In this document: piece after piece, positions 10,307 to 18,360 of the stretch
Position numbering within the stretch: position 1 is the first letter of the stretch
How the letters are laid out: every line of letters begins with the position of its first letter
DNA from: an uncultured Chloroflexia bacterium
GTDB taxonomy: Bacteria > Chloroflexota > Limnocylindria > Limnocylindrales > CSP1-4
Direction: 5' to 3'
DNA: 64,000 bases
NCBI GenBank assembly: GCA_963726055.1
Contig: CAVSAP010000001.1
Location: forward strand, 131,980 to 195,979
Program-made: the position numbers and the translations under genes
Notes under the pieces: generated by a model
What the model was told of the DNA's origin: nothing
Database searches by the model: none
Seen by the model: the letters and a program-made list of their open reading frames with translations, nothing else

Positions 10307-10460
10307 CGATCGAGCAGCGATGAAGCGGCCGATGAGCCACCGATAAGGGCTCGTCGCTACTGTTCGGGCGTTCCTGGGTCCGGATGGCGGGAGGAATCGG
10401 CGGGCTTCCGTCGTACGGGCCCGGGGACGCCCCGACCGCCGTCGCACGAGGAGTGGCCCG

Positions 10461-11222
10461 ATGGTCGAGCCGGACCGATTCGAAGCGGGCGTGCCAGCGC
10501 GGCGACCGGGCCGGGCGATCCGCGAGATGCCCCCGACGGAACGACCACGCGAGCGGATGGCTGCGCGCGGCGCGGCGGGCCTGAGCTCGGCGGAGCTGAT
10601 CGGGCTGCTCTGGGGGTCGGGGTCTCGCGGCCGGTCGGCGGTCGACCTCGCCGAGGATGCCCTGGGCAGGCATGACGGCCTGACCGGACTCGCCCGCGCC
10701 ACGGACGTCGAGCTCGAATCGGTGCCCGGGATCGGGGCCGCGAAGGCAGCCCAGCTCGCGGCGGCATTCGAACTGGGGCGTCGGCTCCTCGCGGACTGGC
10801 CCGCCGGACGATGGACCATCCGATCGGCTCGCGATGTCGCCGACCGGCTGGTCCTGCAGATGGGCCGACTCGAGCGCGAGGAGCTCAGGGTGGTGGTGCT
10901 CAACACGAAGAACGTCGTGCTCCGCGTCGCGACCGTCTACCAGGGCAACGTCTCGTCGTCACTCGTCCGGGTCGGCGAGTTGTTTCGGGACGCCGTGAGG
11001 CTCAACGCGACGGGGCTGATCCTCGTCCACAACCACCCGAGTGGCGACCCGACACCGTCGCCGGACGATCTTCACCTGACGGCCGAGGCGCTCGCCGCCG
11101 GCCGGCTCCTCGATATCGGCCTGCTCGATCACATCGTCGTTGGTCACGATGCCTGGGTCTCGCTCCGGGATCGGGGCGTCTCGTTCGATCGCCCGGACCT
11201 GCGGCGGAGCGCGACCGGGTAG
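10461..11222 (+). CDS. radC: RadC-like JAB/MPN domain protein
   Basis: HhH segment (VPGIGAAKAAQL) and JAMM motif (HNHPSGDPTPSPDD). It sits in the conserved radC-mreB-mreC synteny. Confidence 0.85.
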   Translation: MVEPDRFEAGVPARRPGRAIREMPPTERPRERMAARGAAGLSSAELIGLLWGSGSRGRSAVDLAEDALGRHDGLTGLARATDVELESVPGIGAAKAAQLAAAFELGRRLLADWPAGRWTIRSARDVADRLVLQMGRLEREELRVVVLNTKNVVLRVATVYQGNVSSSLVRVGELFRDAVRLNATGLILVHNHPSGDPTPSPDDLHLTAEALAAGRLLDIGLLDHIVVGHDAWVSLRDRGVSFDRPDLRRSATG

Positions 11223-11261
11223 GCCCGGGCCGGGCCCCGGCGCGGCCGGGACGAGCCGGGT

Positions 11262-11267
11262 ATACTG
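11262..11267 (+). promoter_or_regulatory. -10-like box TATACT upstream of mreB
   Basis: Near-consensus hexamer in the radC-mreB spacer, 117 nt upstream of ATG 11384, which has a GAAGGA SD. Confidence 0.3.
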
Positions 11268-11383
11268 CACGGGCTTCCCCGCCTGATCCTGAACGCGCGA
11301 TCCCCCGGTGCCCACCCGGGCCAAGTGGAGCCGCTGCGAACACCGGACGCGATCTGACCCCGCACGAAGGACCTTCCCGCCAC

Positions 11384-12442
11384 ATGCTCGACCGCTTCCT
11401 CGGCCTCTTTTCCCGCGATATCGGGATCGACCTCGGGACCGCCAACACGCTGGTCCATGTTCGCGATCGAGGGATCGTCATGAGCGAGCCGTCGGTCGTC
11501 GCGATCGACGCCAAGACGAAGCGGGTCCTCGCGGTCGGGGCAGAGGCAAAGCGGATGGTCGGTCGGACGCCGGCGAGCATCATCGCGATCCGGCCCCTGC
11601 GCGACGGGGTCATCAGCGACTTCGACGTGACCGAGGAGATGATCAAGTACTTCGTGCGGCGGGTCCACGATCGGGTCGGCCTGATCCCGCGGCCGCGGAT
11701 GCTCCTCGGGATCCCATCGGGCGTCACCGAGGTCGAGAAGCGGGCCGTTCGCGACGCCGCCCTGAACGCCGGAGCGCGCTGGGCGCGCCTGATCGAGGAG
11801 CCGATGGCCGCCGCGATCGGTGCCGGGCTGCCGGTCAGCGAGCCGTCGGGCAGCCTCATCGTCGACATCGGCGGCGGCACGACGGAGGTCGCCGTCATCA
11901 GCCTCGGCGGGATTGTCGTCAGCCGCTCGATCCGGATCGGCGGCGACGAGATGGACCAGGACATCGTCGCGTTCGCCCGCCGCGAGTACAACCTCTTCCT
12001 TGGCGAGCGGACCGCCGAGGACATCAAGATCGCGATCGGCTCCGCCTATCCCGGCGAATGGGACCAGCAGCGGATCTCGCTCCGCGGCCGCGACCTGCTG
12101 ACCGGCCTGCCGCGCAGCGTCGAGGTCGGGGCCGACCAGATCCGCGAGGCAATCGAGCCGTCCGTCCAGCAGATCGTCGACACGATCAAGGACACGATCG
12201 AAGAGACGCCGCCGGAGCTGGTCGCCGACATCATGGACCAGGGGATCGTCCTCGCCGGCGGTGGAGCCCTCCTCGCCGGCCTCGACCGGCGGGCGGCCGA
12301 CGCGACCCAGATGCCGGTCCACATCGCCGACGATCCGCTGACCTGCGTGGTCCGCGGGACCGGGATCGTCCTCCAGGAGCTCGGCAACCCAACGATGGAC
12401 CGGGTCCTCGTCGCGGATACGTACGCGCGACCACCGCGCTAG
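11384..12442 (+). CDS. mreB: rod shape-determining actin homologue MreB
   Basis: Internal ATG of the 10811 ORF. The N-terminus FSRDIGIDLGTANTLV and the motifs DIGGGTTEVAVISLGG and VLAGGGALL are present. Confidence 0.95.
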   Translation: MLDRFLGLFSRDIGIDLGTANTLVHVRDRGIVMSEPSVVAIDAKTKRVLAVGAEAKRMVGRTPASIIAIRPLRDGVISDFDVTEEMIKYFVRRVHDRVGLIPRPRMLLGIPSGVTEVEKRAVRDAALNAGARWARLIEEPMAAAIGAGLPVSEPSGSLIVDIGGGTTEVAVISLGGIVVSRSIRIGGDEMDQDIVAFARREYNLFLGERTAEDIKIAIGSAYPGEWDQQRISLRGRDLLTGLPRSVEVGADQIREAIEPSVQQIVDTIKDTIEETPPELVADIMDQGIVLAGGGALLAGLDRRAADATQMPVHIADDPLTCVVRGTGIVLQELGNPTMDRVLVADTYARPPR

Positions 12443-12535
12443 AGACCTCGGGCCAATGGCGTCGCGGAGCTCCGCCTTGGACCTCGGTGGGCGGGTGCTG
12501 GTTGATCGTTGAGGGTGCCAGTTCTTATCGCGCGG

Positions 12536-12541
12536 TAGGCT
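12536..12541 (+). promoter_or_regulatory. -10-like box TAGGCT, 7 nt upstream of ATG 12549 (leaderless-type start)
   Basis: TANNNT hexamer with no SD. Confidence 0.35.
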
Positions 12542-12548
12542 TGAACCC

Positions 12549-13544
12549 ATGAGTTCACTGCTCGCATCCCGGACCGCGCGCCGCCGATCCATCGTGTTCG
12601 TCGCGCTGCTGGCCGCCACGCTCGTGATGATGGCGCTCTCGTCGAACCCGCTGGTTCGCGAGTTCCAGGGTGCGGTCAGCTTCGCGATCCGGCCGATCCA
12701 GGGCGCCGTGGACGACGTCGCCGAGGGCTTCGCCGGGGTCTTCCAGTCGATCTCCGATATCGATCGCCTGCACTCGGACAACACCGCCCTTCGCCGCGAG
12801 AACGAGCGACTCGCTGCCGAGAACCAGCGCTTGCTCGAGACGCAGCGCGAGAACGAGCTGCTGACGGGCGTCCTCCAGCTCCGAAACGGGTTCGCCTACA
12901 AGACGGCCGCGGCCGAGGTGATCGCCCGCGAGTCGTCCGAGTTCCGCCGGCTCGTCACGATCAGCAAGGGGACGGACGCCGAGATCGAGGAGGGCGATGT
13001 CGTCATCGCCGAGGGCGGGGCCCTTGCCGGGCGCGTCGTCGAAGTGGGCCCGAACTACGCCAAGGTCGTGCTGATCACCGATCAGGCATCGACGGTGATC
13101 GGCCAGGTCCAGGCGAGCGGCGCGACCGGCGAGGTGATCGGGCAGCTCGGCGGCGCGCTGATCATGGCCAACATCGACTCGACCGAGCGGATCGAGCTGG
13201 GCGACGAGGTCGTCACGGCCGGCATCGAGCTGGCCGGCGGGATCCGTTCGCCGTACCCGAAGGGCCTGCTGCTCGGCCAGGTTGCGGATGTCCGCCGCGA
13301 CGCCAACAGCGTCGTCCAGACGGCCTATCTCCAGCCGCCCGCCGACCTGGAGAAGCTCGAATACGTGCTCGTCGTCCTCGACTACGAGGGGGGCCTGCCG
13401 CCGGCCGACGAGCAGCCAATCGACTGCTCGATCACGGGCCCGAGCGGCGCCCTGCCGGGTGGTGAGCAGCCCTGCATCGAGCCGACGCCATCGGCCCGGC
13501 CGTCCGCCGCGCCCTCCGGCGCGCCATCGGCCGGGGCGCCGTAG
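12549..13544 (+). CDS. mreC: rod shape-determining protein MreC
   Basis: N-terminal TM helix, coiled coil (LRRENERLAAENQRLLE) and beta-barrel domains (GDVVIA..GRVVEV; SPYPKGLLLGQV). It lies directly after mreB. Confidence 0.85.
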   Translation: MSSLLASRTARRRSIVFVALLAATLVMMALSSNPLVREFQGAVSFAIRPIQGAVDDVAEGFAGVFQSISDIDRLHSDNTALRRENERLAAENQRLLETQRENELLTGVLQLRNGFAYKTAAAEVIARESSEFRRLVTISKGTDAEIEEGDVVIAEGGALAGRVVEVGPNYAKVVLITDQASTVIGQVQASGATGEVIGQLGGALIMANIDSTERIELGDEVVTAGIELAGGIRSPYPKGLLLGQVADVRRDANSVVQTAYLQPPADLEKLEYVLVVLDYEGGLPPADEQPIDCSITGPSGALPGGEQPCIEPTPSARPSAAPSGAPSAGAP

Positions 13545-13560
13545 GGCGGCTTGCCCCTGC

Positions 13561-13566
13561 TACCCT
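13561..13566 (+). promoter_or_regulatory. -10-like box TACCCT, 8 nt upstream of ATG 13575 (leaderless-type start)
   Basis: TANNNT hexamer with no SD. Confidence 0.3.
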
Positions 13567-13574
13567 GACCGCGA

Positions 13575-14336
13575 ATGAAGGGCATCGTCCTCGCCGGCGG
13601 CACGGCCACCCGGCTCTTTCCGCTCACGATCGTGACGAACAAGCACCTTCTGCCGATCTACGACCGACCGATGATCTACTACCCGATCGAGACGCTCGCC
13701 GGGATGGGCATCCGCGAGGTCATGGTGATCGTCGGCGGCAAGAGCGTCGGCGATGTCGTGGAGCTGCTTGCCGACGGCGCCCATTTCGGGCTCGACCTGA
13801 CGTACCGCTACCAGCACGGCGCGCTCGGGATCGCCCACGCGATCGGCCTCGCCCGGGACTTCGTCGGCAATGAACCGTTCTGCTGCATTCTCGGCGACAA
13901 CATCCTCCGGGGACCGGACCTGACCGAGACCGCGCGCGAATTCGAGGCCGGCCCATGGGATGCCGGAACGCTTCTCTACCGCGTGCCCGATCCCGAGCGG
14001 TTCGGGGTCGCCGAGCTGGATCCGGAGGGCGCCGTCATCGGGTTCGAGGAGAAGCCGGAGCGGCCGAAGAGCGACCTCATCCCGATTGGCGTCTATTTCC
14101 TTCGCCCGTCGGCGTTCGACGTCATCGACCACCTCGCGCCGTCGGGTCGCGGAGAATTCGAGATCACCGACGTCCTGAACCACTTCATCCGCGACGGCCG
14201 GTTCTTCAGCCAGGTCTACGACGGACACTGGGCCGACGCCGGGACGGTCCCGTCGCTGCTCCGGGCCGCGGAGCTGGCCCGCGACGATGACCAGGCCGGC
14301 CGGCTCGAGCCGCCGATCGAACGGCCGCTCGCGTGA
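13575..14336 (+). CDS. rmlA: glucose-1-phosphate thymidylyltransferase (short-form sugar nucleotidyltransferase)
   Basis: N-terminus MKGIVLAGGTATRLFPLT..NKHLLPIYDRPMIYY. It is the first gene of an rml operon. Confidence 0.85.
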   Translation: MKGIVLAGGTATRLFPLTIVTNKHLLPIYDRPMIYYPIETLAGMGIREVMVIVGGKSVGDVVELLADGAHFGLDLTYRYQHGALGIAHAIGLARDFVGNEPFCCILGDNILRGPDLTETAREFEAGPWDAGTLLYRVPDPERFGVAELDPEGAVIGFEEKPERPKSDLIPIGVYFLRPSAFDVIDHLAPSGRGEFEITDVLNHFIRDGRFFSQVYDGHWADAGTVPSLLRAAELARDDDQAGRLEPPIERPLA

Positions 14337-15484
14337 GTGGTGAGGCGGCCGAATCGGCGGGCGAGGGCGGCGGCCCCGACGACACCGGACAAGGCTGGCT
14401 GGCCCCGGGTGCGCATCTCCTCGTCACCGGTGGCGCCGGGTTCATCGGCTCGGCCTTCGTGCGGGACATCCTCGCCCGTCGCGACGGCACGCGGATCACG
14501 GTCATCGACAAGCTGACCTACGCCGGCAACCGTGCGAATCTCGCCCCGGCAGAAGCCGATCCGGAGCAGGCCGCCCGGCTCCACTTCGTCGAGGGCGATA
14601 TCGCCGATCCGGAGACGGTCGGGCCGCTCGTCCGCGACGCCGACGCGGTCGTCAACTTTGCCGCGGAATCGCATGTCGACCGGAGCATCCTCGACCCCGA
14701 AGCCTTCCTGCGCACCGGTGTCGTCGGCGTCCACGTCCTGCTCGAGGCCGTCGTCGCGGCGTCTGCCGCCAGGTCGCGGGCGGTGCGCATTCTCCAGGTG
14801 TCCACGGACGAGGTCTACGGCTCGGTCGAACACGGCCGCTCGAAGGAGTCGGACCGCCTCGAGCCGCGCTCGCCGTACTCGGCAGCCAAGGCAGCCGGCG
14901 AACTGCTCGTCGGGAGCTACGTCACGACACACGGCGTCGACGCGGTGGTCACCCGCGGCTCGAACACGTACGGGCCGTATCACCATCCGGAGAAGCTGAT
15001 CCCGCTCTTCGTGACGAACGCGATCGAGGATCAGCCGCTGCCGCTCTACGGCGACGGCCTCCAGCAGCGTGACTGGCTCTACGTCACCGACCACGCCGGC
15101 GCGATCGAGCACGTCCTTCGGCACGGGCGGGCCGGCGAGACCTACAACATCCCTGGCTCGGCGGAGATGACGAACCGCGACGTCGTGGCGGCGCTGCTCG
15201 ATCGACTCGACAAGCCGTGGTCGCTCGTCAGGAGCGTGCCGGACCGGCCCGGCCACGATCGACGCTACGCCCTCGACGGCTCGAAGCTGGCGGCGCTCGG
15301 CTGGCAGAACCGGACCACGTTCCACGATGGGCTGGCGGCGACCGTCGACTGGTTCCTCGCGAACGAGCCATGGTGGCGAGCCGCGAAGTCCGGCGACTGG
15401 GATGCATATTACGAGCGGCAGTACGGGTCGCGGCTGGCCCACGGCCAGGCGGTCGCCGAGATCAGCGCCGCGCCGGAGGCCTGA
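14333..15484 (+). CDS. rmlB: dTDP-glucose 4,6-dehydratase
   Basis: Rossmann motif TGGAGFIGS and SDR catalytic motif YSAAKAA. Its start overlaps the rmlA stop. Confidence 0.9.
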   Translation: MSGEAAESAGEGGGPDDTGQGWLAPGAHLLVTGGAGFIGSAFVRDILARRDGTRITVIDKLTYAGNRANLAPAEADPEQAARLHFVEGDIADPETVGPLVRDADAVVNFAAESHVDRSILDPEAFLRTGVVGVHVLLEAVVAASAARSRAVRILQVSTDEVYGSVEHGRSKESDRLEPRSPYSAAKAAGELLVGSYVTTHGVDAVVTRGSNTYGPYHHPEKLIPLFVTNAIEDQPLPLYGDGLQQRDWLYVTDHAGAIEHVLRHGRAGETYNIPGSAEMTNRDVVAALLDRLDKPWSLVRSVPDRPGHDRRYALDGSKLAALGWQNRTTFHDGLAATVDWFLANEPWWRAAKSGDWDAYYERQYGSRLAHGQAVAEISAAPEA

Positions 15485-15486
15485 TC

Positions 15487-16429
15487 GTGCGCGTCGCGGT
15501 CACCGGGGCCGGCGGCCGGCTCGGGCGCGCGCTCGTCGCGGCGCTCGAGGACGCGCCGTTCGCGGGCCCGTTCGGGCCGATCGCCTGGGACCGGCTCGCG
15601 TTCGATCTCGACGCCCCGGCCGGAATCGATTCGGTGATCGATCGCGACCGGCCGGAGACCATCATCCACGCGGCCGCCTGGACCGATGTCGACGCCTGTG
15701 CCCGCGATCCGGAGCTGGCGTTGGCCAGGAACGGAACCGCGACCGGGCTCCTCGCGACGGCCTGCGCCACCCGCGGTATCGATCTCATCGTGGTCTCGAC
15801 GAATGAAGTGTTCGACGGCCGGCGGACGGACGGCCGCGGCTACGGCCCGGATGACGAGACCGATCCGCTCAATTCCTACGGCGAATCGAAGCTGGCGGGG
15901 GAGCGGGCCGCGGCCAGCGCCTTCGCCGCGACGGGGACATCCGCGGCGCTCGGGATCGTGCGGACGGCGTGGCTGTTCGGTCCGCCCGGCAACGATTTCC
16001 CCTCGAAGATCCTCGCGGCCGCGGAGCGGTCGCGTGACGGTGGCGAGCCACTTCGGGTCGTCTCCGACGAGATCGGCTCGCCGACATACACGCGCGACCT
16101 GGCCGAGGGGATCGTGGAGTTGATCGGCGGCGCTGCGATCGGTGGGATCCACCACGTTGTCAACGCGGGCGCCGCTTCGCGGGCCGATTGGGCCCGCGAG
16201 CTGCTCAGACAGGCGGCGTGCCGCCAATGCCCCCGCCGGCGGGCAGGTGGTCCCGATCGTCGACGTGCCGGCCTCGACATGGTCGCGGGCATCCACGCCT
16301 CCGGCGTGGGGCGTGCTCGACCCGACGCCGCTCCCCGGCGGCGAACCGCTTCGGCCGTGGCCGCTGGCGTTGGCCGACTACCTGCCGACGCTGCTCCGGC
16401 AGCGGGACGCGGCAGGAGCAGGCCGGTGA
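15487..16429 (+). pseudogene. rmlD: dTDP-4-dehydrorhamnose reductase, frame-disrupted as assembled
   Basis: GTG 15487 gives VRVAVTGAGGRLG, and the frame reads well to ADWARELLRQA at about 16215. The conserved C-terminus (VVPIVDVPASTW..PAWGVLD..LRPWPLALADYL) continues in the frame of ORF 16142-16429. One single-nt frame change is implied. Confidence 0.8.
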
Positions 16430-17010
16430 CGGAGCGCCCGTCGTCGCTTCGGGGCGTGCGATTCGGCGCCCTGACCCGCCATGCGGACGCCCGCGGCTCG
16501 TTCCGCGAACTGTGGCGGGATTCCGCCTTCCCCGCGCTGACGGCGGCTGAAACAGGCGGGTCGGGCGACTCCGAGCCGCGCTTCGTCCAGGCGAACCTGT
16601 CGACATCGGCGGCGGGCGTGCTTCGCGGCCTCCACTACCACCGTCGCCAGCTCGACTACTGGGTCGTGGTCGGCGGGCGGGCGCTCGTCGCGCTCGTCGA
16701 CGTCCGGCCGCTGATCGAGGGGACCGGCGACCGGCCGATCATCGAGACCCGGGAGCTGGCGGTCGACGAGTGGGTGGTGATCCCGGCCGGCGTCGCCCAC
16801 GGATTCCTCGCCCTCGAGCCACTCGACCTGCTGTACCTCGTCACGAACGAATTCGACGGCTCGGACGAGCTCGGCTTCGCCTGGGACGACCCGGCCGTCG
16901 GGGTCCCGTGGCCTCCCGTCGAGGGGACGCCCGACGGGCAGCCGATCCTGTCCGATCGCGACCGATCGAATCCTTCGCTGGCCGATCTCGTGGAGCGCCT
17001 CCGCGGCTAA
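16426..17010 (+). CDS. rmlC: dTDP-4-dehydrorhamnose 3,5-epimerase
   Basis: GTG 16426 overlaps the rmlD stop (GTGA). Cupin motifs DARGSFRELW and GVLRGLHYH are present. Confidence 0.85.
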   Translation: MTERPSSLRGVRFGALTRHADARGSFRELWRDSAFPALTAAETGGSGDSEPRFVQANLSTSAAGVLRGLHYHRRQLDYWVVVGGRALVALVDVRPLIEGTGDRPIIETRELAVDEWVVIPAGVAHGFLALEPLDLLYLVTNEFDGSDELGFAWDDPAVGVPWPPVEGTPDGQPILSDRDRSNPSLADLVERLRG

Positions 17011-17211
17011 GGGTCGCGTGGACTGGCCGCAACGGCCGAGGCGGCCGGCCGTGCACCCCTCCGCACCCGTCCACCCGGCTCCGCACCCGTTCGCGACCGA
17101 TGGGGCCATGCGCGTCGGGACCATCCTGCGATTGTCCCGAGCACAGTCGAAGGCCATGATTCCGATGCACTCATCTCGACCCCCAGGTCGAATTCGTTCA
17201 GGAGTTCCACA

Positions 17212-18111
17212 TTGCGCAAGACCGCTTTCGGCATTGCCCTTGCCCTGGTTGCCATGCTCGGCGCCTACGGCACGGTCGCTGCCGCCCAGACCAGCACCGC
17301 CAAGGTCGTGATCATCGTTGGCGCGACCCACGGCGAGACCTCGAAGTACCGTTCGAACGCCAATGAGCTCTACGCCGAGGCAATCAAGTACACGCCGAAC
17401 GTCGTCAAGGTATACAGCCCGAATGCCACCTGGTCCGCGGTCAAGGCCGCCACCAACGGGGCGAACGTGGTCATCTACCTCGGTCACGGCAATGGCTGGC
17501 CCAGCCCGTACACCTACGATCCCGCCTACGCGACGAAGGACGGGTTCGGGCTCAATGCGACGGCCGGAAACGGGGACTACAACAACAAGTATTACGGCGA
17601 GCCGTCCATTCGCACCCTCAACTTCGCCCCGAACGCGGTCGTCCTGCTCTTCCACCTCTGCTACGCCTCGGGCAACTCCGAGCCTGGCAAGCCCGCCCCG
17701 ACGTTCGCCACCGCCAAGGCCCGCGTCGACAACTACGGCTCGGCGTTCCTGGCCGCTGGCGCCTCGGCCGTGATTGCCGCCGGCCACGGCCACAGCGGCT
17801 ACCTCGACGGGCTGTTCACGACTGGCCAGTCACTGCTCGGCGTATGGCGCGGCCACCGCGACTTCAATGGAAACGAGACGACCTTCACGCCGACACGAAG
17901 TACAGGCCGGGCCTACCTCGATCCCGACAGCCCCGGCGCCGGCTTCTACCGCTCGATCGTCGGCAACGTCGACATGATGGCCTATCAGATCGTGGGCGGT
18001 AGGCCGCCACGCGGTGTAGTGGTCGTCCCGGGTCGCGATGGGAACGTCGGCCCGACCGGGTCGAGGACGCGCGGCGGCCCGTCGACCATGAGGACAACGC
18101 TGCCCCGGTAG
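17212..18111 (+). CDS. secreted protein with caspase-fold-like His/Cys arrangement (function unknown)
   Basis: TTG start with an AGGAG SD, then a signal peptide (ALALVAMLGAYGTVAAAQ). Alternating strand/helix pattern, with VVIYLGHGNGW and VVLLFHLCYASG placed as in clan-CD peptidases. The last ~35 codons use rare codons, so the true C-terminus is uncertain. Confidence 0.55.
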   Translation: MRKTAFGIALALVAMLGAYGTVAAAQTSTAKVVIIVGATHGETSKYRSNANELYAEAIKYTPNVVKVYSPNATWSAVKAATNGANVVIYLGHGNGWPSPYTYDPAYATKDGFGLNATAGNGDYNNKYYGEPSIRTLNFAPNAVVLLFHLCYASGNSEPGKPAPTFATAKARVDNYGSAFLAAGASAVIAAGHGHSGYLDGLFTTGQSLLGVWRGHRDFNGNETTFTPTRSTGRAYLDPDSPGAGFYRSIVGNVDMMAYQIVGGRPPRGVVVVPGRDGNVGPTGSRTRGGPSTMRTTLPR

Positions 18112-18360
18112 CGCGGTCACCGCCGGGCGGCGCGCCACCAGGCGACGCGTCGCTTCAGCGCCCAGCGGACCCGCCAGGCGTTCGCGACGGGTCCGGAACT
18201 CCACCGGACCCCACCGTACCTCTCGGGACCCGGACCATCGTCACCGTTGCCCCCGAGATGCCCGAGGCGTACCGTACCCGTCTCGCCGCGAACCGCGAGA
18301 CCTCTCGAGGGACCTGCCCGTGACCTTCTGCCGACGCCGCCCCGCACGCTCGGCCGCCTC

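Noticed and set aside
9422-12784. Long antisense ORFs (for example 9422-10906, 11144-12784, and elsewhere 18241-20133, 24386-26278, 28919-30244, 30799-32562, 44925-46412, 60628-61986)
   Set aside because: They are typical high-GC shadow ORFs. Their translations are Arg/Pro/Gly/Asp-rich with no recognisable motifs, and each lies opposite a gene with clear family signatures.
15217-17010. 597-aa RmlD-RmlC fusion ORF from the six-frame track
   Set aside because: The central ~70 residues are Arg/Pro/Gly-rich nonsense. The genuine RmlD C-terminus is in the adjacent frame and its TGA overlaps a GTG that starts a normal-length RmlC.
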